64,000 nt of DNA from an uncultured Actinomycetota bacterium (GTDB lineage: Bacteria > Actinomycetota > Actinomycetes > Mycobacteriales > CADCTP01): assembly GCA_963849885.1 (NCBI GenBank), contig CAWKIV010000003.1:5116-69115 (forward strand), read 5' to 3'. Both the position numbers and the translations under genes were made by a program. Below, in pieces: positions 48,563 through 59,409 of the stretch. The number at the start of each line of letters is the position of its first letter. Position 1 is the first letter of the stretch. The notes beneath the pieces are model-generated. The model saw nothing but the letters and a program-made list of their open reading frames with translations, was not told where the DNA came from and did not search any database.

Positions 48563-51253
48563 TCATCCGGACCCGCTCACCCGCTGCCCGACGACGTGCT
48601 CGACCAGCAGCAGCGCCTCGGGGATCCCGCCCGGCTCGGTGCCGCCGCCCTGCGCGACGTCGTCCTTGCCACCGCCGCGGCCGGCGACCGGGGCGGTCGT
48701 CGCCCGCACGATCTCGCCGGCGGACAGGCCGCGCACCCGGGCCGCCTCGTTGGCCGCGGTCACGAAGGCGACCTTGCCGTCCGCGCGGGAGAAGAGGGCG
48801 ACCACCCCGGGCCGGCCCGGGTCGAGCCGGCCGCGGACGTCCAGCGCCAGCGTGCGCAGCTCGGCGCCGCCGAGCCCGCCGGGCACCTCCGCGGCCACCA
48901 CCGCGGCCCCCGCGACGTCGCGGGCCGCCGCGGCCAGCGCGCCCGCGCCGGCCAGCACCGACTCCGCGCGCAGCCGCTCCAGCTCCTTCTCCGCGGTGCG
49001 CAGCCGGTCGACCAGCGACTGCACCCGCTCCGGCACCTGGTCCGCCGGCGCCTTCAGCGCGTCCGCGAGCCCGGCCACCAGCAGGTGCTCCCGGGCCAGG
49101 AAGCGGAACGCGTCCAGCCCGACCAGCGCCTCCACCCGGCGCACCCCGGCACCGATGGACGACTCGCCGAGCAGCTTGACCATGCCGATCAGCGCCGAGT
49201 GGGCCACGTGCGTGCCGCCGCACAGCTCGCGCGAGTAGTCGCCGATCTCGACCACCCGGACCTCGTCGCCGTACTTCTCGCCGAACATGGCCAGCGCGCC
49301 GATCCGCTTCGCCTCGTCCTGCGAGGTGAGGAAGGCGTGCACCTCCAGGTCGCGGGCGAGCACCTCGTTGACCTCGTCCTCGACGTCCGCGAGCACGGAC
49401 GCCGGCACCGCGCCGGGCGAGGAGAAGTCGAAGCGCAGCCGGCCCGGCGCGTTGAGCGAGCCGGCCTGCGCCGCGCTCTCCCCCAGCGCCGCCCGCAGCG
49501 CCGCGTGCACCAGGTGGGTGCCGGAGTGGCTGCGGGAGACCGACCGGCGCCGGTCGGTGTCCACCGCCGCGTGCACGCCGTCGCCCGGCCGGACCGCACC
49601 GGACAGCACCCGGGCCCGGTGCACGGTCAGCCCGGGCACCGGCTGCTGCACGTCCACGACCTCGAGCTGCGCGTCCCGGGAGCCGGACCGCACGATGATC
49701 CGCCCGGTGTCGGCGAGCTGCCCGCCGCCCTCCGCGTAGAACGGGGTGACGTCGAGGACGACCTCGACCTCGTCGCCCTCCCCCGCCTCGGCCAGCGCCT
49801 GGCCGCCGGACAGCAGCCCGGTGACCGTGGACTCCCGCTCCGCCTCGACGTAGCCGGTGAAGCGGGACGCCCCGGCGCCGTCGAGCACCGCCCGGTACGC
49901 CGAGACGTCGGCGCCGCCGGTCTTGCGCGACTGCGCGTCCGCCTTGGCCCGCTCCCGCTGCTCGGCCATCAGCCGGCGGAAGCCCTCCTCGTCGACGGAC
50001 AGCCCCTGCTCGGCCGCCATCTCCAGGGTGAGGTCGATCGGGAAGCCGTACGTGTCGTGCAGCTGGAAGGCCTGGTGCCCGGGCAGCGTGGACGCGCCGG
50101 CGGAGCGGACCGCGCCGACCGCGGTGTCGAAGATCGCGGTCCCGGACCGGAGCGTCTGCGCGAACGCCTCCTCCTCCGCGTACGCGTACGTCGCGATGCG
50201 GCCGAAGTCGGTCGCCACCTCCGGGTAGGACAGCGCCATCGCGTCCCGGGACAGCGGCAGCAGCTCGGGCAGCACCGGCCCGTCGTAGCCGAGCAGCCGG
50301 ACCGAGCGGATCACCCGGCGCAGCAGCCGGCGCAGCACGTAGCCGCGGCCCTCGTTGGACGGGGTGATCCCGTCCGCCATGATCATCAGCCCGGACCGGA
50401 CGTGGTCGGCGACCACCCGCAGCCGGACGTCGGCCGGCTCGTCGTCGCCGTACCGCCGGCGGGCCAGGTCGGCCGCGCGCTCCAGGACCGGGAAGACCTC
50501 GTCGATCTCGTAGAGGTTGTCCACGCCCTGCAGCAGGTACGCCATCCGCTCGACGCCCAGGCCGGTGTCGATGTTCTTCGCCGGCAGCTCGCCGAGGATC
50601 GGCCAGTCCTCCTTGCCCGAGCCCGGCCCCCGCTCGTACTGCATGAAGACGAGGTTCCAGACCTCCAGGAAGCGGTCCTCGTCCACCACCGGGCCGCCGT
50701 CGGGGCCGTGCTCCGCGCCGCGGTCGTAGTAGATCTCCGAGCACGGCCCGCACGGGCCGGGCACGCCCATCGACCAGAAGTTGTCCGCCTTGCCGCGGCG
50801 CTGGATCCGCTCGTGCGGCAGCCCGATCACCCGGTGCCAGATGTCGAACGCCTCGTCGTCGTCGAGGTAGACCGTCGCCCACAGCCGGTCCGGGTCGAAG
50901 CCGTAGCCCCCGTCGCCCTGGCCGGTGGTGAGCAGCTCCCAGGCCGACGTGATCGCGCCTTCCTTGAAGTAGTCGCCGAAGGAGAAGTTGCCGGCCATCT
51001 GGAAGAACGTGCCGTGCCGGGTGGTCTTGCCGACCTCCTCGATGTCGAGGGTCCGCACGCACTTCTGCACGCTGGTCGCCCGCGGCCACGGCGCCGGCGC
51101 CTCGCCCTGCAGGTAGGGCTTGAACGGCACCATCCCCGCGTTGACGAACAGCAGCGTCGGGTCGTCCAGGATCAGGCTCGCGCTGGGCACCACGGTGTGC
51201 CCGTTCTGCTCGAAGTAGCGCAGGAAGCGCTGCTTGATCTCCGCCGCCCTCAT
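48563..51253 (-). CDS. alaS: Alanine-tRNA ligase
   Basis: [52 protein letters not shown]. Confidence 0.99.
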   Translation of the reverse strand: MRAAEIKQRFLRYFEQNGHTVVPSASLILDDPTLLFVNAGMVPFKPYLQGEAPAPWPRATSVQKCVRTLDIEEVGKTTRHGTFFQMAGNFSFGDYFKEGAITSAWELLTTGQGDGGYGFDPDRLWATVYLDDDEAFDIWHRVIGLPHERIQRRGKADNFWSMGVPGPCGPCSEIYYDRGAEHGPDGGPVVDEDRFLEVWNLVFMQYERGPGSGKEDWPILGELPAKNIDTGLGVERMAYLLQGVDNLYEIDEVFPVLERAADLARRRYGDDEPADVRLRVVADHVRSGLMIMADGITPSNEGRGYVLRRLLRRVIRSVRLLGYDGPVLPELLPLSRDAMALSYPEVATDFGRIATYAYAEEEAFAQTLRSGTAIFDTAVGAVRSAGASTLPGHQAFQLHDTYGFPIDLTLEMAAEQGLSVDEEGFRRLMAEQRERAKADAQSRKTGGADVSAYRAVLDGAGASRFTGYVEAERESTVTGLLSGGQALAEAGEGDEVEVVLDVTPFYAEGGGQLADTGRIIVRSGSRDAQLEVVDVQQPVPGLTVHRARVLSGAVRPGDGVHAAVDTDRRRSVSRSHSGTHLVHAALRAALGESAAQAGSLNAPGRLRFDFSSPGAVPASVLADVEDEVNEVLARDLEVHAFLTSQDEAKRIGALAMFGEKYGDEVRVVEIGDYSRELCGGTHVAHSALIGMVKLLGESSIGAGVRRVEALVGLDAFRFLAREHLLVAGLADALKAPADQVPERVQSLVDRLRTAEKELERLRAESVLAGAGALAAAARDVAGAAVVAAEVPGGLGGAELRTLALDVRGRLDPGRPGVVALFSRADGKVAFVTAANEAARVRGLSAGEIVRATTAPVAGRGGGKDDVAQGGGTEPGGIPEALLLVEHVVGQRVSGSG

Positions 51254-51492
51254 CGGAAGTCCTCCGGGCGCGCCCCGAGCCGGCCGTCGATGCCGGAGCC
51301 CTCGAGCAGCTCGGACTCGCGCGCGGACATGCCGTCGCGCACCTCGTCGGCGAAGTCGCGGACCGCCTCGGCCAGGCCCTGCAGCGAGCTGCCCAGGCCG
51401 CGCGGGGACAGGCTGGCGGCGGCGCTGGACAGCCTGCGCATCACGAGAACCCCCACCGTGACCCCCAGCGCCAGCCAGAACATCCGCTTCAC
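51250..51492 (-). CDS. Small membrane-anchored conserved hypothetical protein
   Basis: [27 protein letters not shown]; usual position upstream of alaS; ATGA overlap. Confidence 0.8.
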   Translation of the reverse strand: MKRMFWLALGVTVGVLVMRRLSSAAASLSPRGLGSSLQGLAEAVRDFADEVRDGMSARESELLEGSGIDGRLGARPEDFR

Positions 51493-51582
51493 CGCTGCAC
51501 CCTCTCTCGTCCGGACGGCGTGGATCGCCGTCTCACTCCATGGTGCGCCGCGGGGGCGACCGGATTACGCCCGGGCCGGCAC

Positions 51583-52011
51583 CTACAGCCCGGCGCGGCG
51601 GGCGGCCCGGCGGGCCCGCCGGTCGGCCTTCACCGCGTCCTTGGCCGCCTTCTCCGCCTCGACCCGGCGCCGGTTCTGCGCGGCCCTGCGGATCCCGTAC
51701 GAGAACGCGGCCACCTTGATCGCCGGCCCGCCCAGGGTGGTGGCGAAGACCGAGGACAGCGCGGCGGCGTTGCTGCTCACCGCCTGCGCATTCTGCGTGA
51801 TGCCCTCGACCCGCTCCAGCTCCCTGTTGACCTGATCCATCGTGGTCTGCGCGTTGAGCAGCAGCGGCTGGGCACCCTCGTGCGCCTTGCGGATGGCCAG
51901 CGTGGTCTCGTCCAGGGTCCGGCCCAGCTTCAGGATCGGGACGGCCAGCAGCAGCACGAGCAGCACGAACGCGGCGGCCGCGACGAGCGCGGCCCACTCC
52001 CCACCGGACAC
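51583..52011 (-). CDS. DUF948 domain protein
   Basis: MSGGEWAALVAAAAFVLLV..KLGRTLDE..IKVAAFSYG; AGGAG SD. Confidence 0.85.
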   Translation of the reverse strand: MSGGEWAALVAAAAFVLLVLLLAVPILKLGRTLDETTLAIRKAHEGAQPLLLNAQTTMDQVNRELERVEGITQNAQAVSSNAAALSSVFATTLGGPAIKVAAFSYGIRRAAQNRRRVEAEKAAKDAVKADRRARRAARRAGL

Positions 52012-52054
52012 GAACGCTCCTAACCCCCGGGCCGAAGACCCGCAGACCCTACAG

Positions 52055-52090
52055 CGAGGTGCCCCACCGGCGGACCGGTGGGGCACCTCG
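52055..52090 (-). terminator. 16-bp perfect hairpin after the S8 protease gene
   Basis: CGAGGTGCCCCACCGG-CGGA-CCGGTGGGGCACCTCG. Confidence 0.7.
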
Positions 52091-52106
52091 GGGTGCTGCG
52101 AGAGGG

Positions 52107-55103
52107 CTAGCCGTCGACCCGCACGAAGGTGCTGCCGGCGGCACGGTGCCGTCACCGAAGGCGACCCGGCCCAGGTAGCGCTGGCCCGCGGTCAGCCCGC
52201 TCCAGGCCGCCGTGACCGTGGCCAGCTGGCCGGCCTGCACCGGCTGGCTGGCCGGCGTCACCGTCAGGTTGCCCGCCGGGGTGCCACCCAGCACCCAGGA
52301 GAACGCCGGCGTCTCCACCGTCGTCTGGCCGGGCGCCGCGCCGAAGAGCACGACGTACAGGTCGTACGTCGCGGCGGTCGGGTTGAGCAGCTGGATCTGC
52401 TCCTCCGCGGTGGCCCCGCCGCCGACCCCGACCAGCGTGGTGCCCCGGTAGAGGTAGAGGTCCACGTCGGTCCCGGCCGCGAAGTCGCGGTCGAAGCTCG
52501 ACTGCCGCAGGACCGTGGTCCCGGTCGGGACGGTGACGGTGAACTTCGCCGTCCGGGCGCTGACCGCCGGCGCGGCCGAGTCGAAGCCCGGGCCGGTCGG
52601 GGACAGCGTGGCGGCCAGCCGGTCCGCCGCCGTCAGGCCGGCCGCGGGCGCCGCGGTCAGCGTGCCGGCGAAGCCGGAGGTGACTCCGATCGCGGTCGAG
52701 CCGGCGGTACCGGTGCCGGACACCTCGGCCGGCGCGGCCGCCGCGACCGGCCGGACCGCGATCTGGCTGCGCACCTGATGGGTGCCGTCGGACCAGGTCA
52801 GCGCGCCGAGCGTGTACCGGCCGAAGGCGGCGGAGGTCCGGGTGAAGGTCACCTTGTAGGTGCCCTTGGCGCCCGGCGCCAGCTTCAGCGTGGACGGCGT
52901 CACCGTGGCGGTGACGCCCGCCGGCGCCTGCACGGACACGGTGTACGTCGCGGCCTTGTCCGCCACGTTGGTGACCGTCCGGGTGACCGTCTGCGACCCT
53001 GCCAGCGCGCCGATCGCGATGTTCGGCGTGTTGAGGTCGCTCGGGTCGATCCGCCCGTACGACTGGCAGGTGCTGCCGGTCGCCGCGAGCTGCCCGATGC
53101 CGCACAGGTAGCGCACCCAGTCGGCGAAGCCACTGTCGTAGGCGAGCCCCGGGTCGGTGGCCCGGCTGGCGTCGACCTGGCCGGAGCCGTAGTCGAGCGC
53201 ACCCGCCGCGCCGTTGGTGTCGGTGGTGATGGCCGCGCCGGTGTTGTCCTTCTGGCCGGCGGTGGTCAGCAGCGCCGACTTGACCCGCATCGGCGACCAG
53301 TTCGGGTACTTCTGGATCACCAGCGCGGCGAGGCCGGCCATGTGCGGGCTCGACATCGAGGTGCCGGACAGGTAGTCGTACAGCCGGCCGTTGTTGCCGG
53401 GCGGGGAGGTGCCGGCCAGCACGTCCACGCCGGGCGCCATGATGTCCGGCTTGAGCAGGTCACCGGCGCCGGCCAGGGCCGGGCCGCGGGCCGAGAACGA
53501 CGCCACCTGCGGCGCCTTGACGCCGAACTCCAGCTCGCCCTTGGCGAGCGAGGCGGTCGGGGCCGCGGTGCCGGCGACGTACGCCTTGATCGCCGCGCCG
53601 GCGGTCTCGTCGACGTGCACGGTCGGGACGAAGTGCAGGTCTGCGTTCAGCGAGCTCGGCGCGGTGTTGGCGAGCACCATGCCGACCCCGCCGGCCGCCT
53701 TGACCTCCTTGCTCTTGTCGGTCCGGGCGTTGACGCCGCGGTCGCAGAGCACGATCTTGCCGGTGACCTTGGCCGGGTCGAGCGAGCCGAGCGAAGCACA
53801 GCCGCGCGTCGGTCGCGGTGGCGCCGGCCGCGGCGACCGCGGTCGAGAGCACCAGCGGCGAGCTGGGCACGGCCGCGCCGACGCCGACGCCGGCGTACGT
53901 CACGCCGTTGCCGAGGGTCACCGACGACTTGCCGGTGCGGTCCAGCGTGCCGGCGGCGACGGTGGTCACCCACGGGCCGTTGTGCGCGACCGTGCTCGCC
54001 CCCGGGCCGGTGTTGCCGGCCGAGGTGGCCACGAAGACACCCGCGTCGGCGGCGCCGAGGAACGCCAGCTCGACCGGGTTGACGATGCTCGTGGTGCTGC
54101 CGGAGATCGAGAAGTTGATCACGTCGACGCCGTCGGCGGTGGCGTCCTCGATCGCCTTGACGCTGTCGCTGGTGTAGCAGCCGGCCTCGGCCTCGTCACG
54201 GCCCCAGCAGACCTTGTAGGTCGCCAGCCGGGCGTTCGGCGCCATGCCGCTCGCCTTGCCGAGGGCCACGCCGTCGACCACGACGTCGACGCCGTAGTTG
54301 CCGACCGCGGTGGTCGAGGTGTGGGTGCCGTGGCTGTCGGCGTCCCGCGGCGAGAGGTACTCGTACGGGAAGACGGTCTTGATGTCGCCGACACCGGCGG
54401 TCGCGCCGGCGGTGTAGTAGCGGGCGCCGACGATCTTGCTGGTGCAGTTCGCCGCGGTCCACTGCTCACCGGTCTGGCAGGTGCCGGCGAAGCTGATCGG
54501 CCGCGGATTGGCCAGCGGCGCGAGCGACGGGGACTCGGGCCAGGCGCCGGAGTCGACGACGCCGACCACGACGCCGCTGCCGGCGCCGCGGGAGCCCGGG
54601 CCACCGAGCTGGGACCAGATCCCGCCCGGCTTGGTCAGCCCGAGGAACTCCGGCGTCCGGGTGGTGTCGATGGTGCGCCGCTCGTCCTTCGTGACCGCCA
54701 GGACGCCGGCGGTGCCGGCCAGCTTCGCGGCGTCCGCGGCGGTCATCCGCGCGGAGAAGCCGTTGAAGGCGACCGAGTAGTCGTAGAGCTTGCGCGCGCT
54801 GCCGGCCTGCCGGAGCACGCCGTCCTGGCGCTGCCGCAGGTAGCCGCGGTAGGCGGCGACGGCGGGCGCCGCGGCGTCCAGCTTGGCGCCGGCGGCCGGC
54901 TGGGTCGCCGCGTAGCCCGCGAGGCCGCCGGCGTAGCTGGCGGCGGGGGCGTCGGAGAGCTGCACCAGGTAGGTGGCGGTGGTGCCGTCGGCGGTTGCCG
55001 GGGCGGCGGTGGCCGGGCCCACGGTGGCGAGCCCGGCGATCAGCCCGGCAGCGCCGAGCACGGCGAGCGCGTGGTTGCGCCGCCGGAGGAGGGGAGATCC
55101 CAA
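52107..55103 (-). CDS. Secreted S8 subtilisin-like protease with I9, PA and Fn-like domains (frameshifts near 53791 and 52140)
   Basis: Signal peptide, GVVDSG (Asp), HGTHT (His), GTSMSSPH (Ser), LCDRG PA domain; split across two ORFs. Confidence 0.92.
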
Positions 55104-55341
55104 CGGTGGTCCTTCCATGGGAAGTGGCCGCACTCGGCCGCCGGCTCTCCCTCCGGCGAACGGTGTATGGGGGGTGCCGCCGCTTGTGGGAGCGGCGCCG
55201 GCGCGCCCGCGGGAACCCGCGGTGCACCGCCACTGAACTTACTTAGCCGACCGAACGGGTTTGCGCCAGGGCAGCGGACGGGAAATAACCGCTGTTTGGA
55301 GCATCGTGGCGCGGCAATCACCCGATCGGCGGATATCCCGA

Positions 55342-56771
55342 CTACCGTCCGTCGTGGGCGTCCGGGTCGCCGAGGTCGGCCCGGTCGGCGGGCGAGGGCA
55401 GCTCCGGTTCGCACCGCGGGCGCCAATCCTCCGTCGCGTCGGTGGCCGGTGCCGTCCCACGCAGGATCGCCCGCAGCCGGGCCACCCGCTCGGCCGCGCC
55501 GCGCTCGGCGCCGTGGTCGCTCGGGCGCGTAGTAGTCGCGGCCGACCACCGGGTCCGGCGGCGTACTGCTGGCGCACCACCCCGCCGGGGAAGTCGTGCG
55601 CGTACCGGTAGCCGCGGCCGTGCTGCAGCCGCTTGGCCCCGCCGTAGTGGGCGTCCCGCAGGTGCGCCGGCACCGGGCCGGCCAGCCCGGCCCTGACGTC
55701 GGCCTGGGCCGCGCCGAGCGCGGCCACCACCGCGTTGGACTTCGGCGCCAGCGCGCAGTGGATCACCGCCTGGGCCAGGATGATGCCGGCCTCCGGCAAC
55801 CCGACCAGCTGGGTCGCCTGGGCCGCGGCGACCGCGAGCGGCAGCGCCGTCGGGTCGGCCTCGCCGATGTCCTCCGAGGCCAGGATCATGATCCGCCGGG
55901 CGATGAACCGGGCGTCCTCCCCCGCCTCGATCATCCGGGCCAGGTAGTGCAGCGCGGCGTCCACGTCCGAGCCGCGCATCGACTTGATGAACGCGCTGGC
56001 CACGTCGTAGTGCTGGTCGCCGTCCCGGTCGTAGCGCACCGCGGCCCGGTCCACCGCGGCCTCGAGGGTGGCCAGGTCGACCCGGTCCGCGCCCTGGGCC
56101 TGGGCCGCGCCGGCGCCGGCCTCCAGCGCGGTCAGCGCCCGCCGGGCGTCCCCGCCGGCGATCCGCAGCAGGTGGGCCTCGGCGTCCGGGTCCAGCCCGA
56201 GCGCGCCGCCGAGCCCGCGCTCGTCGGCCAGCGCCCGCCGTACGACGACCTTGACGTCCTCGTCGGTCAGCGGCTCCAGGGTGAGCAGCAGCGAGCGGGA
56301 CAGCAGCGGGCTGACCACGGAGAAGAACGGATTCTCGGTGGTCGCCGCGACCAGCGTGACCACCCGGTCCTCGACCGCGCCGAGCAGCGAGTCCTGCTGG
56401 GTCTTGGAGAAGCGGTGCACCTCGTCGATGAACAGCACGGTCTGCCGGCCGGACATGCCGAGGTCCCGCTTGGCCGCGGCGATGACCTCGCGGACCTCCT
56501 TGACCCCGGCGTTGAGCGCGGACAGCGGCACGAACCGGCGCCGGGTCGCACGCGAGACGACGTACGCGATCGTGGTCTTGCCGGTGCCCGGCGGGCCCCA
56601 CAGGATCAGCGACATCGGCGCGTCGCCCTCGACCAGCCGGCGCAGCGGGGTGCCCGGCCCGAGCAGGTGGCGCTGGCCGACCACCTCGTCCAGCGTGCGC
56701 GGGCGCATCCGCACCGCCAGCGGGGCGGTCGCGGCCACCGCCTGCTCGGCCGCGGCGTCGAACAGGGTCAC
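55342..56771 (-). CDS. rarA: Replication-associated recombination protein A (MgsA/RarA); two frameshifts near the 3' end
   Basis: [56 protein letters not shown]. Confidence 0.95.
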
Positions 56772-56871
56772 GCGGCGACGGTACGCGGGCCGGCGGCGGT
56801 GCGGGCGACCCCCGTGCCGCCGGGACGACACCAAATCGCCCGAGCCGGGTCCGATCGGGGATGCTTGGGGC

Positions 56872-59409
56872 GTGTTCGCTCGGATCGGCCGGTTCTGCGC
56901 CCGGCGCCGCCGGCTGGTGGTGGCCGGCTGGCTGCTGGTCGCGATCGCCGGCGGGACGGCCAGCGGGCCGGTCTTCGCCCGGCTGGAGAGCGGCCAGGCC
57001 AGCGGCCGGTTCGAGTCGATCCAGGCGTACGACCTGCTGGGCAACGAGGCCCAGTACGGCGGCCGGGTGCTCGGGCTGGTGGACGGCGTCCGGGTGTCCG
57101 ACCCGGCGGTCCGCGAGGTGGTGCTGGGCGCCGCCCGCGAGGTCGGCACGCTGCCCCGGGTCGGCCGGGTGCGGGAGCCGTACACGCAGCCCCGCGCCGG
57201 CCTGGCCGCCGCGGACGGGCGGGCGCTGCTGGTCGTGGTCGACCTGGACCGGGACCTGAGCCGGACCGAGCGCATCGAGGCCGCGGAGGCGGTCGGCGAC
57301 CGGCTGCGGCAGCTGCCCGGCGCGCTGCCGCCGGCGCAGCAGGACGGCGCCACCGTGCTGATGGGCGGCCAGCCGCTGATCAGCCGGGACGTCAACGAGC
57401 AGGTGCAGAAGGACACCGAGCACGCCGAGCTGGTCGCGCTGCCGCTCACCCTGGTGGTGATGGTGGTCATCTTCGGCGGCCTGCTGGCCGCCGGGCTGCC
57501 GTTGCTCGGCGCGATCGGCTCCATCGCCGGCGCGTTCCTCTGCCTGCTCGGCTTCTCCACCGTCCTGACCCTGGACCCGAACACGGTGCCGGTGCTCACC
57601 CTGCTCGGGCTCGGCCTGTCCATCGACTACGCGCTGCTCATGGTCAGCCGGTTCCGGGAGGAGCGGGCGGCCGGCGCGGACGTGCCGGCCGCGGTGGAGC
57701 GGACCGCGGCCACCGCCGGGCGGACGATCGCCTTCTCCGCGCTGACCGTCGCGGTCTGCCTGTCCGCGCTGTTCACCTTCGACGACCCGACGTTCCGGGC
57801 CATCGGCGCGGCCGGCGTCGCCGTCGTGGTGGTCGCCCTGCTGGCCGGGCTGACCCTGGTGCCGGCGCTGCTGGCGATCGCCGGCCGGCGGATCCGGCTC
57901 GGCCGGGTGGTGCCGCCGGACCAGGGCTTCTTCTCCCGGCTGGCCGGCGCGGTCCAGCGCCGGCCGTGGCCGGTCGCGCTCGGGGTGGCCGCGCTGCTGC
58001 TCGCCGCCGGCATCCCGCTGCTGTCCCTCCGGCTGCAGAACAGCGGGGCCGCGCTGCTGCCGGGCTCGTTCGAGAGCGTCCAGGTCGAGCAGAATGTGGC
58101 CGCCCGCTTCCCCGGCCTGAGCGCGGAGCCGGTCACCGTGGTGGCCCGGGCCACCCCGACGCAGCTCGACGCGTACGTGGCCGGGCTGGCCGACCGGGTC
58201 GGCCCGGCGTACCGGGCGGACGTGGCCCAGGTCGGCGCCGCGGAGCGGCTCGGCGGCTCGGACTACGCCTCGGTCAGCCTGATCCCGACCGGCCCGCCGC
58301 AGGGCGACCCGGCCCGGCGGGTGGTGGAGCAGCTGCGGGAGCACCGGGCCGACTTCCCCACCTGGGTCGGCGGGGAGACCGCGGTGGTGATCGACTTCAC
58401 CGACGAGGTGGTCAGCTCGCTGCCGGTCGCCTTCGCGCAGATCGCGGTGGCCGCGTTCGTGCTGCTGTTCCTGATGACCGGGTCGGTGCTGGTGCCGGTG
58501 AAGGCGCTGGTGATGAACACGATCTCGCTCGGCGCCACCTTCGGCGCGCTGGTCTGGGTGTTCCAGTGGGGCAACCTGGAGAGCCCGCTCGGCTTCACCT
58601 CGCCCGGCGCGATCGAGACCTGGATCCCGGTGCTGGTGTTCGCGTTCGCGTTCGGCATCTCCATGGACTACGAGGTCTTCCTGCTGGCCCGGATCAAGGA
58701 GCTGTACGACGCCGGGTACAGCAACGACGACGCGGTCCGGCTCGGGCTGCAGCGCAGCGGGCGGATCATCACCTCGGCGGGGCTGCTCATCGTCATCGTC
58801 TTCGCCGGCTTCGCGGCCGGTCAGATGGTGGGGATCAAGGAGTTCGGGCTGGCGCTGGCGGTGTCGATCGTCGTGGACGTCACGCTGGTGCGCTGCCTGC
58901 TGGTGCCGGCGACCATGACGCTGCTCGGTGACGCCAACTGGTGGGCGCCGGCGCCGCTGCGCCGGCTGCACGCCCGCATCGGGCTCCGCGAGGGCGCCTC
59001 CGCCCCCGCCGTCCACCCGGGCCGGCCGGCCTACCCGGGTGGGCCGGCCTACCCGGGGCGCCGGCCTACCCGGGGCAGCCGGCCTACCCGGGCCAGCCGG
59101 CCTACCCGGGCCAGCCGGTCTACCCGGGCCAGCCGGCCTATCCGGGCCAGCCGGTCTACCCGGGGCACTCGGTCTCCGCAGCCGGTCTACCCGGGGCACT
59201 CGGCCTACCCGGGACAGCCGGGCTTCCCGGGCGAGCCTGGGTCTCTGGCGCGGCCGGGCGACCCGGCTGGGGTGGCCGCGCTGAACGGCAAGGCGGTCCG
59301 GGGTCCGCGGCACCGGGCCGGCCGGCCCGGCTCGCTCCGGGTGGTCAAGCAGGAGGGCCGCACCGTGCTCGAGGTCAGCCCCGCGGGCCGCGACCGGGAC
59401 CGACGGTGA
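56872..59409 (+). CDS. MMPL family (RND) transporter with a PGQPAY-repeat tail
   Basis: [62 protein letters not shown]. Confidence 0.93.
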   Translation: MFARIGRFCARRRRLVVAGWLLVAIAGGTASGPVFARLESGQASGRFESIQAYDLLGNEAQYGGRVLGLVDGVRVSDPAVREVVLGAAREVGTLPRVGRVREPYTQPRAGLAAADGRALLVVVDLDRDLSRTERIEAAEAVGDRLRQLPGALPPAQQDGATVLMGGQPLISRDVNEQVQKDTEHAELVALPLTLVVMVVIFGGLLAAGLPLLGAIGSIAGAFLCLLGFSTVLTLDPNTVPVLTLLGLGLSIDYALLMVSRFREERAAGADVPAAVERTAATAGRTIAFSALTVAVCLSALFTFDDPTFRAIGAAGVAVVVVALLAGLTLVPALLAIAGRRIRLGRVVPPDQGFFSRLAGAVQRRPWPVALGVAALLLAAGIPLLSLRLQNSGAALLPGSFESVQVEQNVAARFPGLSAEPVTVVARATPTQLDAYVAGLADRVGPAYRADVAQVGAAERLGGSDYASVSLIPTGPPQGDPARRVVEQLREHRADFPTWVGGETAVVIDFTDEVVSSLPVAFAQIAVAAFVLLFLMTGSVLVPVKALVMNTISLGATFGALVWVFQWGNLESPLGFTSPGAIETWIPVLVFAFAFGISMDYEVFLLARIKELYDAGYSNDDAVRLGLQRSGRIITSAGLLIVIVFAGFAAGQMVGIKEFGLALAVSIVVDVTLVRCLLVPATMTLLGDANWWAPAPLRRLHARIGLREGASAPAVHPGRPAYPGGPAYPGRRPTRGSRPTRASRPTRASRSTRASRPIRASRSTRGTRSPQPVYPGHSAYPGQPGFPGEPGSLARPGDPAGVAALNGKAVRGPRHRAGRPGSLRVVKQEGRTVLEVSPAGRDRDRR
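59014..59232 (+). repeat. 18-nt tandem repeat (about 11-12 imperfect units; [12 protein letters not shown])
   Basis: TACCCGGGCCAGCCGGCC-type units. Confidence 0.9.

Noticed and set aside
55250-55275. c-di-GMP riboswitch suggested by GCAAACC upstream of the S8 protease
   Set aside because: The other GEMM elements are absent and the motif lies upstream of the likely -10.
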